In this document: positions 50,366 to 61,955 of the stretch, piece by piece
Position numbering within the stretch: position 1 is the stretch's first letter
Layout: every line of letters starts with the position of its first letter
From: Isurus oxyrinchus
Taxonomy: Eukaryota
Length of the DNA stretch: 64,000 nucleotides
Assembly: GCA_026770705.1 (NCBI GenBank)
Contig: JANJGN010000001.1
Span: 156,612,001-156,676,000 of the forward strand
Direction of reading: 5' to 3'
Position numbers and translations under genes: made by a program
The notes under the pieces: model-generated
The model's database searches: none
Told to the model about the DNA's origin: nothing
Seen by the model: the letters and a program-made list of their open reading frames with translations, nothing else

Positions 50366-51014
50366 GGGCAGGATTTTATGTCCTGCGGGTGGACGCTCAG
50401 CCGACCCAATTGGTCGTAAAATAACAGGCAGTATTTCGGTCGGCAGGTGGGTGCGAGGGTTGGCAGCGTGCCCCCTGACAATTAAGAGGCCTATTAAGGC
50501 CATTAAACAATCAATTAAAAGTTATTTTTCGCTGCCCATCCTTACGGTTGGCAGGTGGGCGAATTGACCAGGCTGCCTTTGGAGTTTTAGGAAACCTCAT
50601 CCACGGGTGAGATGAAGTTTTCAACATTAATTTTAAAAAGAAAATGTTTTGACAGCGTTTTTACTGTGTCCTTTTTAACACGAGTGTGTCTGATGTGGAG
50701 ACATGTTTTTCACATTCTCAAAATCTTTATTCTTGATTTTACAATTTTTCAGCTCCCTGAGGCAGTTCCCTGCCTTCAGTTAGCTTTCAGTGCTTTTTCC
50801 CCCGTGCATGTGCAGCTGTCTGCACTCACTCTGCTCCTGCTCCACTCCGGCAGTGCTGAGCTTCTCAGAGCGCCTTTCACGCTGGCTGACCTGGCCATTA
50901 ATCGGACAGCCAATGCAAAATCCCAGTTGGGGACCGATTGTGGGCAGTGGACTATTTTCCGGCCTCTCTTGGGCCCTCACACCGCACCCGCCCAACAACC
51001 CAAAAACCCTGCCC
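50366..51014. mobile_element. Nested Harbinger-like MITE with CAT TSD
   Basis: gggcaggatttt ... aaaaccctgccc flanked by CAT (50363-50365, 51015-51017); related to 26844-27478. Confidence 0.85.
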
Positions 51015-51048
51015 CATGTCTTCAGACCAAGATCGCTCCTGGTGACAG

Positions 51049-52745
51049 ATGGCTCCAATAGCAAAGAAAACGGCAGCCTCCAAATTTAGTGACGCCTCCC
51101 TGGGTTTCCTGCTAGATGCAGTGGAAGGCCGCCATGATGCCCTCTACCCCGGCTCTGGCCACAAGATCTCCACCAGAATCACCAATCTGGCTTGGGAGGC
51201 GGTGTCACGGCCTTTAGCACCATCGGAGCACAGAGGTCAGCCATCCAGCGCAGGAAGTCGATGAATGCTCTCATCTGTTCCGCCAAGGTAAGTCAACTAC
51301 CTCATCCCCACAACTCACACACTCACAAACCCATCACACATCTACAGGCATATCACACCTCAAGTGATAATACCTCTAGTTCTCACACACACCAATATAT
51401 CTCCATCAGACTTATATCCTCTGGAGCTCGCATCCTCATTCCATCCATGGCTCTGCTCACCACATAGACAATCCATGCAGTGCCATGTGTTCTGCTCACA
51501 CGCTAACATGCAGGAGAAGCTGGCTCACAAGAGCAAGCAGACATCCCAGACCAGGGATGGAGTGACCCACATTAGGCCCCTCATTCACTTTGAAGAATGT
51601 GCCATAGCGCTGACTGGTGAGGACATGAACTGTGCCTGCGGCGACAGTGAAGTTGGCGGTGAAAACACAGGTGAGGGTCCTGCACCACATCATCCCTCTC
51701 TCAACGCAACTGAGTGCTCTCGCTCCTGCTTTTGACTCTGCTGCTATGCATTAATTATCTCTACTTTGATTCACAGGGAGCTCTGCCAAGCCACCAAAAT
51801 CCTCAGTCAGCCAGTCCTCAACTCCATCCAGGTCCTCACCTCCAGCCAAGAGGACACATCATTGAAGAACTGGAAATAATCAGCCTGGAAGACCTATCAC
51901 AGTGCTTACCCACACTCCCCACCAGCGCAGAGACATATATCTTGGTGGGATGTAGATCTAAAGCAGGCTCGGGTTCACAATTTGGTGGTCACCGCACAGA
52001 CACGTGTCCGCAGCAGGAGGAGGCAGGTTCGGCCGAGCTCCCCAGTACTCAAAGGACTGCTGGGGAACAGATATCTGTGAGATCCAAGTCAGTTGTCCAG
52101 CCTCTGGATTTGGCCTTCCCACTCCTTGTGGAGATTCAGCAGAAGGCTGGGGAACATCACGCAGAGCTATTGGGAGCTCTCAAGAGAGTGGCACGTGAAT
52201 CGGAGGAGTGCGTCCGCCTTCTCTCTCATGAAGTGGCACCCACATCTGTGTGTATGGAGGTCCCCATGGGGAGGATGGTGGATGCCATGGGAACCCTGGT
52301 CCAGCAGAATGTGTAGATGTGTGCAAATCTGCACTCCATCGCGGGAGCCATGGGCAAGTTCCTGCAATGGCAACATGAGAGGGAAATGGGGAACCTTGAC
52401 TTCCCTTCAGGTGTTCCTTCCCCTCAAGGAGTCAGGCCGGTGCCCTCGGGCACCCAAAAGGAAGCGAAGCGGCAGCTGGACACCCCTGGGTCATCCACTC
52501 AGGAATCTCCCTCCAAGTCCCCTTTGCCTGTGACCCCCTTAACCTCATCCTCTGTCATCACAGAGGGAACAGCTGGCCCACAGGTGGACAGCCAAAGCAA
52601 GCTGGGGCCCTCAAGGCCTCAGCTCCCCAGAGGACACATGCCAAGGTCATCAGGGCCAACCATTGCACAGGCTGTCCCCCCTTGCTGCAGATGTGAAGGC
52701 AGCACTTAGAAGAAGTGGTAGGCCTAGAAAAATTAAACATTTCTG
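51049..52745 (+). pseudogene. Three-exon Myb/SANT-like (Harbinger ORF1-type) gene, frameshifted
   Basis: Exon 1 51049-51287 (KFSDASLGFLLDAVEGRHDALY..AWEAV..(fs) RSAIQRRKSMNAL..AK|gtaagt). Exon 2 51514-51670 (cag|EKLAH..QT..G|gtgagg). Exon 3 from 51777 (ttcacag|). Confidence 0.8.
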
Positions 52746-54510
52746 ATCACAAGTGGTTGCACAGGTGAACACATTTTCTCACTTTATAATCTGAAAATAT
52801 ATTCACTTTCATTGAATAACATGTAATATTGTCTTTCAATGTGTGTGCCCACCCCCCCCCCCCCCCCCCACACCCCGCCTGTGTCACCCTAACTTTCTCC
52901 CACTAGCAGTTCAGCTGCACGCAGCCACATCATGAGCGATTCTGGGGAAAAAAGAGCATGGGTGGCAGGGCCTTTCGGAATCTTGTGCAAGCACTCTCCC
53001 ACACATGCGGAGCCTTCCTCAATCACACTCATCAAAGTGTTCCAAGCATTTTCAATGCTGCCTGCTGGGGTCCACTTTCAGTTGTCCATCTGAGCTGACC
53101 TGCATCTCCTCCTGACCACTGATCACACTCCCATGCTGCGCCTGTGCCCATTGAACATGAGGCTCTGCTCACTTTCAATTTGAAAAGTATGGCCGTAGTT
53201 AAGTTTCTCATAAGCTCCCCCTTCCTTTCCCCTTCCCGAGTCACCCAGGCCCTTTTCCCATCACTAACAATCCCCGGAATCACCTTCCACCTCCCCACTA
53301 TCGCCAACCAACCCAATCCCTTGCCTTTCCAGAATTTCCAGGTGAACGTGTAAGTTCCCTACCCTCCTGAGAATCCCACTCCCATCCACACTGACCTCCC
53401 TGACCTCCTCCTTCCCACCCGCAGGATCTGTGTCTGCTTCCCAGTCTCCACCAACTACCTTCGCCATACCTTCTACTGTTACCGTCATACTCTCATCCTC
53501 CTACTCTACCAGCTCAGTCTGCCCTGTCTGATTCTCACCATTCCCTCCTACCATGCTCACCCTCATTTTTCTCCCCAGGAGGCAGTCATTGACTCCACAG
53601 ACCCCTCCCTTGCACGTTCACCTTGATATCCTCCACCTTCACTCCTTCCTCCTCCACCCTTACTCCTTCACCATACCCTGGATTCCCTCCCCTCGGTCCC
53701 ACACCCCCCCACCCCTGGACTCCTTCCCTTACACCTTCCTACCACTTAGACCTACCTCTCCACCTGCTGCAGTCCCTCCCATTACACCCACCTCTCCCTG
53801 TACTCCCTCCTCCCCCCTCCCAACCTCATCGCCCGACACCTTCGTTACCCACCTCCAAATTCACCTCACCAGGTATACCTTCCTCTCCCACCCACACCTA
53901 AACACTCCTCTCCAAATCCCTCCCCCCACCTGGTACACCTTCCTCTCCACTCACAGCAGGACCTTTCTCTCCCACCCCTCACCAATCATCCGTAACAGTA
54001 CATGGCCAAGACTGTGATGTTCCACAGCAGAGACATCAATGGAGACTTCCCACCTTCTGAGAGCTGCTTTGTGGCAAAGCCATGTGCATGAGAATCCACC
54101 CAGCATGCAATGCACATGTTCCTCCAGGGTCCAGTAGCTGTAGGGCTCCAGCATCTTCTGCTCCTTGCATGTCCGTGATCTGAGCAAGGCCCTAATGGTA
54201 AGTCCTGACTTCTGCATGTCACACTTGTCCAGACCTGTTCTGGGCCAACGTGTTTTCCCTCCAGCATAACAAAAAAATCTGGCATGAGGAGACTATTCTG
54301 GTAGGGCCTTACTTTGCACCCTATTAATGGAATGCAAAGTGGGTTCATGTCGCCCTTCAGTGGGATTTACGTTCCGCGGTGATGGACACCATTGAATGAT
54401 TCCGTTGTGCTTTCACACTGACGTAAAACTAATTTTTGGCCTTCTCGTCTTATTGTCCCCTTGCCTGCCATGACGCCTGATGCCAACGGGACCAGAAAAC
54501 TCCAGCCTTT

Positions 54511-55181
54511 GGCCTGAATTTTTAACCTCAAGGTAGATAACAGGAATTGGAAAAATTCCCGGCTCAACACGCCCACCATGGAAGAAAGTGCCCACGAATG
54601 CAGGACTTCATTGCCAAAGGCAGCCACAGGGGCTGCCGGGTGCTGAGAAGAGATTTTTAAAAGACTCGCCTCGGGGCTGTGGGACTTCATTCCACTTACA
54701 ATAAAAACAGAAAGGCCCTCCAGCCCTCATACGCTCTTACACCCCCCAGATGCTTCAAGCCCCATCCATGTTACCACATGACCCTGTGCCAAGCTATGCC
54801 ACCCATCCCCTATGGCTGCACATGCCTGCTATACCAAGCCATGACACTGCTTGGCATAGGGGGCATGAGGGGCCATTGGAATGGGTGGGGACCTTAAAAT
54901 GGCATAGGGGGCATGAGGGGGATTTTTCCAACTTACTTTTTTAAAGGTCCCCTTATGCAGACCAGGATTCAGCACTCCATGCACCATGAACCACAACTCT
55001 TAAAAACCTGTCCCGACTCCATGAAAATTGTGGAGGAGTAAGAGAAACCTAGCTCTCAACCTTTAAAGGCCATCCTGAAAATAAGAAAGCAAAGGAATAG
55101 CGTCAGGAATCATGGAATTGGGACCCGACCACCTTTTTTAAAGGCCTCCCAAGTCATCCCAACTTGGTGAAAATTCGGCCC
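54511..55181 (+). mobile_element. Harbinger-like MITE
   Basis: TIRs ggcctgaatttt / aaaattcggccc; TTT on both sides. Confidence 0.8.
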
Positions 55182-55264
55182 TTTATTCCTTGTCTGTCTA
55201 GATAAAGACAGATATAAAATAACCAAACAGTTTTCCTATTAATTTTCCTGAATTCCAGCTTCCA

Positions 55265-55875
55265 TTATTATATTTAAGGAGTGTCTTAAAGGAGAAAATT
55301 GAAGTAGTGGGGCAGAGAGGTTTAGGGAGGGAATTTTGGAGCTTAGGGTCTAAGCAGCTGAAGTCACGGCCACCTATGGCGTAACAATTAAAATCGGGGA
55401 TGCTCACGAGGCTGGAATTGGAAGAGCACAGATATCTTGGAGGGTTGTGGTGCTGGAGGAGATTACAGAGATAGGAAGGGATAAGTCCATGGGGGGATTT
55501 GAAAACATGGATGAAAATTTAAAAATTGAAGCATTGCTTAACCAGGACCCTGTGTCTGCCAATGAGCACAGGGGTGATGGGTGAATGGCATTTGGTGAAA
55601 ATTAAAACATCGGCAGCAGAGTTTTGGATGACCCTCAATTTATGGGGGTGGCGGGGGGAGGGGGGGGGGGGGGGTAGAATGTGGGAAGCTGGCCAGCAAT
55701 ATGTTGGAATAGTCATGTCTGGAGATGGCAAAGGCATGGATGGGTTTCAGCTCTAGGTGAGCTGAGGTGGCACAATGTTAACGGAAGTGGCCTTAGTGAC
55801 ACTTGGATATGTGGCTAAAAGTTCATCCCTAGATCAAATATGACACCAAAATTGCAAACAGTTTGGTTCAGCTTC
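55265..55875 (-). mobile_element. L2 LINE 3' fragment
   Basis: KLRVIQNSAADVL..SPITPVL; GGRDFSCLDPKLQNSLP..SFKTLLK, L2 ORF2 C-terminal motifs. Confidence 0.85.
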
Positions 55876-56032
55876 AGAGGGATAAAAGCTCTTCTCCTTT
55901 AAATGGCCATTGCTTCTTCTGAGGCTGGGCTAATTGTCCTGCTGCCCAATTGAACCAGGGTTCAACTTCCATGAATATTCAATAATGGATGGGGATGGAG
56001 TTGAAGTTAGGAACAGAGTTGGCCATTCAGCC

Positions 56033-56238
56033 TTTTTTTGTGGGGCCAGCGTTTATTGCCCATTCCCTAAAAGCCATATCAAAGTCAACTGCATTGCTGT
56101 GGGTCTTAGGCCAGATCAGGTAAGGACAACAGATTTTCCACCATCTGCCATAGCAGGATTTGAACCCAAGTCTCTGTGTTATCCTGGGTCTCTGGGTTAT
56201 TACTTTAAGCAACAATATCACTTTGCCATCACCACCCC
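56033..56238 (-). mobile_element. Second, further-deleted head+tail SINE related to the single-ORF LINE
   Basis: Reverse complement: taataacccagagacccaggataac..gggttcaaatcctgctatggcagatggtggaa..ttagggaatgggcaataaacgctggccc. Confidence 0.8.
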
Positions 56239-56874
56239 TAAAGAAGATAATGGCTGATCTGGCTGTGGTCTCATCTCCACTTTTCCATCCCCTCAGGATC
56301 TTACACATTTCAATAAAATCACCTCTCATTGCTACTTTAGGTGTAATAAGCCAAATCCTGTTCCATATATGTTATATAAAGAATGCTATGGGATTTAGTA
56401 TATCAGAATTGTTTTAAGCTCCCTAGAGCTAAGGATTTTGTTTGTAGTGTAATCCTGTGGGGGAAATGAACATGCTTTGAAATGACTTAAATGAACGAGT
56501 GATAGAGAGAGACTTCAGTGTTGATTTTTACTTAAAATGACTGGAAATTATGTTGATATCAGACTTTGTGAAACAGACTCCAAAAATAACACATTTAGTC
56601 TATCTTATTCTAAACTGATAACTCACCATTCATTGAAAAGGTCATATGTCAGAAGAGCTTAATGGCTCTTTTAATGTCAAGCCATTTTCCTCCTGCAATT
56701 AGAAGTAGCTTAACTGTCTTACTCTTAAAATAAATTGCGTAATGAAGTACATAGGGAAAACAAAAGACATAAATTAAAGGAAAAAGGAAAAGAACAGTGA
56801 TAATACCTTATTGAAACCAATCCATTCATCTCTGCGATTAGGGTTTAAAATGATTAGGCCTAGTATTGTACTAA

Positions 56875-57030
56875 ACATTCATCTCTGGGGTCAGGGTTCA
56901 TATGTCTTATCTCCCTCCTTGTTGCAAGCCTCTGTGAAATGAGTTTGGGTAGGCTCAATCCTATTTCTGGTGGATATGGACTGCTCCTTTGTTGACACTA
57001 ATTGGTAATCTCATTCAAAAAGATCACAGA
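56875..57030 (+). mobile_element. LF-SINE-like relic
   Basis: ttcatctctggggtcagggttca, gcctctgtgaaatgagtttggg..ctcaatcc..ggtgga and ttgacactaattgg occur in the order of the LF-SINE consensus as I recall it. Confidence 0.55.
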
Positions 57031-57065
57031 ATGGTTTCTATAGCAAGTGGAACATTAGAAACATT

Positions 57066-58750
57066 GGGCTGAATTTTATACTCTGAAAATGGGACTGCCA
57101 TCATCCTGCAGGAATGTAATATCCAGCTTGATGATGTTGGGTCACCAGTCCAACATCATTACGCACAATAATATGGTGGGTAGGCTCTGAAACTGGCAGC
57201 CCACCAGCCATTTTGAAATTGATAATTAATGCCCATTTTAAGGCTTGTCCAACTGACTGCAATAATATGTCCCTGAAGCTATGATATGGTACCTGCATGT
57301 GAAACACACCTTGTTTTTTTTTTTTGCACTGTCACTGGAAATGGCAAATATAAAGGCTGGAGGTGGGTCTAACAGGTGACTTTAGCAGTTGAGGCAGGAC
57401 AGGCATTTCATTGCCAAATCTTTGATGTGCATGAACCTTTGAATTTTATCAGGAGTATACCTGATTGCAATGTCTGCAAGCTTGTTTACCATGCAACCCA
57501 TAATCACCTCAGCATTGTACTGAGTCCAATATGGGCATCGTATATTCTCTATACCTTCTCCCATGAGGAGGAGGAGAAGGAGAGGGAGAAGGCCAGCTAA
57601 GCAGGGACAGGAGCCACATGAAGTGGACAAAGGAGGCCAACCTACAGAGGAGTGAGGAGCTGCTGAGAGCAAGGTGCAGCAGGCACAAGTGATGCAGGCA
57701 GAGGCCCATACGCTGCCAATCATAGAATGCATATGACATTTCTGCAAATGTCAGAGAAACAGTGCCTGTGGAGACTTTGCCTTTCACCAGCCACTGTAAC
57801 ATTTTGTGTGTCATGTTGGCACCAGAGATTACGTCCAATTGCATGGGTGGCCACCTGATGCCTGTGGCATCAAAAATCACAGTGGTGCTGAACTTTCTCA
57901 CATCAGGGTCATATCAGGCCACCTGCAGCAATGCCAGTGGGATACCCCAGCCTGTAGCACACCACTACAAAAAGGTTTTTACAGCTGCCATGTGGTAGTC
58001 ACACACTATCTGGACATTGATGGAGTGGTGCCCCTTTCTGTTAATAAATACTCCTGGATGTGTGAACACCAGCAATATACAATATAGGTGTATGCAAGGT
58101 ACCAGAGAAGTAGCCATGATTCTTACATCCTCAAGCACTTCCACCTGCTAGGGATGCTCTGTGGACTGGGCACATTTGAAGGATGGCTCCATGACAGTCA
58201 CCAGTTTGTCAAAGGAACAAGCCATGCATTCTGTAGGATGGGTCATTGCAGCACTCCTGGCCTGGATGACCAATGTCCATGCCAGAATGCGCACGGTATC
58301 TCCGCCATATCTCCACACACTTCACGCTGGATATACAGTATCTATCACCTTACAGTTGACTTCAGAGGCCCATCATCCAACTGGTCAGAATTTTGGTCTC
58401 CTCCAGCACTCCTCCAATGGCCAGAGGCCTACTACATCTCAGTCTCTGGCAGCTGCACGTGCGACTGTGATTTGCCTTTACTTCCGAGGCATGCATGCCC
58501 ACCGATATGTTAGTATCAGTGCTTGGTGCTGGATGCAGAGCAAGGATGTGATGCTGCACAGGCTTCTTCTTCCTCCTCAGAGGGTTAATGGATGACCCCC
58601 TGGGATTGTGGTGGCAGCAGTTGGTGTTGCACCTGTGTTGAAGACAAAAACAGGGATCGTGAAATTCATATTCTACCTTTGAGGCTAGTGTGATGAGACC
58701 AGCTTCCTCCTTGCCAGCAGTGCAGGCATTGTGAGATATGTCATGGTCAT
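57066..58750 (+). mobile_element. Decayed Harbinger element with nuclease remnants
   Basis: TIR-like gggctgaatttt; GHLMPVASKITVVLNFLTSGSYQ..GIPQPVAH (57762-57998); YARYQRSSHDSYILK (58088). Confidence 0.8.
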
Positions 58751-58789
58751 GTAAAATGTGTTTCCTCAAAGTGCTCCATGAGCTAAGAA

Positions 58790-58822
58790 TGTGTATGTGT
58801 TTGTGTGTGTGTGTGTGTGTGT
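58790..58822. repeat. (TG)n microsatellite
   Basis: Directly visible. Confidence 0.9.
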
Positions 58823-58952
58823 AGCCCCCTGTTAATTTGCGAATGATTCAATTTAGAAACCAACAGAAAACCTTTAGTCTTAAATAGGATAAAGGTAGTT
58901 TATTTTTAAAAAAACTGCTTAAAGTTATCCAAGTAAGTACTAAAGTTTCTAA

Positions 58953-60838
58953 TGTCACGACTCAGTGGGGATAGTGTGCTGTAATATCAAGCCCCACTGT
59001 TCCCTGAGCTGCAACAAATGTGAAAAGTTTGAGCAAACCACCAAATTGCCCAATTCTACTGAACTGTTTAATTTAGGTTAACAAACTACAAGCACCAGGT
59101 TTGCAAACTTAATAAGTAAATAACTGTTTATTGAACAAATTGTCTTTAACTAGTGGCGAAAGAAAGAAATTTGAACTGCTAACTTTTAACACTATAACTT
59201 AAACTTTACCCCCTTCTTAAATCCCTACACACACCCACATACACACACACACATACACATGACACATAAGACACACAAAACATGGATTTTAAGGGTGGGA
59301 TAAAACAATTCACTAGCACCAATTCTGGAGTACAGGATGCAATGGGTTGATATTGATCAATATCTTCCAAATGCCATTCCATTCTTGTTGATGACATAAG
59401 GTGGTCTTCCAGCACTTTCAGTATTTAGTTCACTGGTTGAGAACTTGCTTTTCAATGTCTCTAATAGTGGGTTTTCCCCTTTTCCTTTTTACAGGGGTTT
59501 CCTCAGAGAGAGAGAGAGAGAGAGACCAGGTTATAGAGACATGAGGAAAATAAATTTTAAATATTTTCTCTTTGCAGGCCAGGAGCTTTCTGTTGCATTT
59601 CTACCACACAAAACCCTGGTCACCTAATCAGGAGCCAATTAAAAAGCTGTTGTCAGGCAGCTTCCTTGGTTCAGGATTCTTTTCCAGCACCATCCTGTCT
59701 TTTATGGCATACTCTGTTCCAGGACTGCAACATTGTATATATTTCTCATCCTGTTCCAGTGGACATGTCCTTTAAACTGCAGCCATTGTACTTCTAATCC
59801 ACAGATTGACAGAAAATAAAAAGATATGTTCTTTACAACAGTCCAACAGAAATAAAAAGATAAGTTCCTTGCACTAACTAAATACACACCAAGATTAAAC
59901 ATAGATAAAAATAAAAGACACTTATAAAGATGAAATTCAGTTCAGTCTTTTGAGACATCATTGTGGGCCCGTAGTTTGCAGGTGCATTGTTTGTGTGGAG
60001 TGAAGAGTTGCAGTTGAAGAGTTGTGCTCATAAGCTGCAATGGCTTCTGTAGTTGAAAATTCAGGTAGTTTGCCTTTTCAGGTAGACTCAGCAGAACAGC
60101 AAGTTTTTGGGAGAGAGGGAAGGTTTCCTATTACTCACTAATTCTGTGGTTACGGCACTTGAAAATTGTTTGGACTCTTGCAGTGATACAGCAGTTCATT
60201 CCTTAATACCTTCCTCTTTGTCCTCCCTTGTCCACGAACCTTTGCATGATGTTGTCTCTCAGAATTCTTCCTGGGGATTTTGCACCCTGCCATCCAAGGT
60301 GGCTTCTTATAGCCACAGTTCACAAATGCAAAAATGGCTGCTATGTTAGTTTTCAAAAAGTCAGTTTCAAACAGCAAGGAAGTTAATTATGTTGATGTCC
60401 TTTGAAGTCCCTTCCTGTCTCCTGTTCCCTTAGAAATAAAAGGGTTTTCACACCTTTTAGAAGATTCAGTGAGCACCCCTGGAGCAGTTTTTGCATTTTA
60501 ATGACTTTTTGTAGCCAGCTCTAGAGATATGTGTCTGACATAGTTTGCACAAACAAAGAAAGGTGCTAGATTTTCTGTCCAAACTTCCATTTTGAAAAAG
60601 GCTTTTAAGCTTAATATAAAGTTTTGAAAACAGAAATGCATGTCCATATCCATAGTCATTCAGGTGTTTATGGCATTGAATATTTGTAAACTTTTGTAAA
60701 TGTTGATGTTCACGGGGATTCATGAAGAATAATTGAAATAGACACTTTAAAACAAATTGAGAGGTCAGGTGGCCTTTTCTTTCCTGCCATTACTCATGGG
60801 ACTACCAGATCCCCTGAGCTAATCTTCATGTTTTGACA
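58953..60838. mobile_element. Possible long LTR-like segment
   Basis: Bounded by tgtca...tgaca, non-coding, with (CA)n and (GA)n inside; no matching TSD. Confidence 0.3.
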
Positions 60839-61759
60839 AAATCATTAAAATGTAAATTAATTTTCTGGACATATCTTTGAGAAGTAATTAAAATGCAAAA
60901 GACCCTTCCCATGGGTAATGGTTGTCCTTCTCCAAATAGTTAAATAAGCTGTTTTCACAATACTGTTTACAGACTTTTCAATTCCAGAGTTGAAATCCAG
61001 AGAATGGTTGTGAAGAAAACCCTATTCTACAATGATGGTATATGAATGGGCGAAACTCAGACCCCATTATTTGATAAAGGCCGAGCCATCCAAAACCATT
61101 TGTGAGGACCACAGAAACAGTATTCTGGCCACATGAAAGAACTAGGTTTTGATAAGGGATTTACTATGGTACGTATTGTAGCAGAAAGGAAAAAACATTT
61201 TTACCAACAAAGGAACAAGACCTTGCATAAAAAACACCAATAGGCAGAGACATTAGGTTGGCATTGACTTCTTTATTTGAGGAACCAAATCCAGGTCTCA
61301 CGACAGGCCTTTGATTACACCTCAACTAGAGTGGAGCAAGAAAAATCTGCTACTCCAACCACAATGAATCAGTCCGCCTAAAACTCCAGACTCTTTTTCT
61401 TCAATGGACCAAAAGAATTACAGGTCTGCATCATTTTCAAGTCTTCACCCATGAGAAAAGGAAGTGTGACAAAGAATGCCCGAACTTTTAGACCAAAATG
61501 CATGCCAACTTTTGTAATTACAATCTTTTCTTGAGTGCGAGTGTATGTCTGTACAAGTGTGCGAACACATATATATTCAGATGTTGAATGATAAACAAAT
61601 ATCTTGCTTTTAAAACTTACAAAAAAACCTGTCATCTGTCTAATCCTGATAGTTGCATCACTCAAGAGGTTAAAATACATTTTATATTAAAAAATAAGCT
61701 GTCTCCAGTCAGTCAAGAGATGAAGAAGGAGAAGCACCCATGTCATTTCTCTGCTGTCT

Positions 61760-61952
61760 GTATCAGGTATACTTGTACAAGTATTTACAGGAAGGTAGCG
61801 TGCAGGTACAGAAAGCAATTAGAAAGGCAAATGGCAAGTTGGCCTTTCTTACAAGGAGATTGGAGGACAAGAATAAGGAGGTCTAACTACAATTCTACAG
61901 GGCTTTGATGAGGCTGCACCTGGAGGACTGTTTGCAGTTTTGGGTTCCATGT
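61760..61952 (+). mobile_element. CR1 internal fragment
   Basis: VQKAIRKANG..RLHLEDCLQFW. Confidence 0.75.
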
Positions 61953-61955
61953 ATG

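Larger units (their letters stand above)
50093..54507 (+). mobile_element. Harbinger-type element carrying a Myb/SANT gene but no recognisable nuclease
   Basis: Ends gggcagaacctt / gaaaactccagcc, flanked by TTT; both ends homologous to 30953-32101. Confidence 0.8.

Noticed and set aside
61020-61400. Coding-looking stretch
   Set aside because: Multiple stops and no recognised domain; probably LTR-related non-coding sequence.
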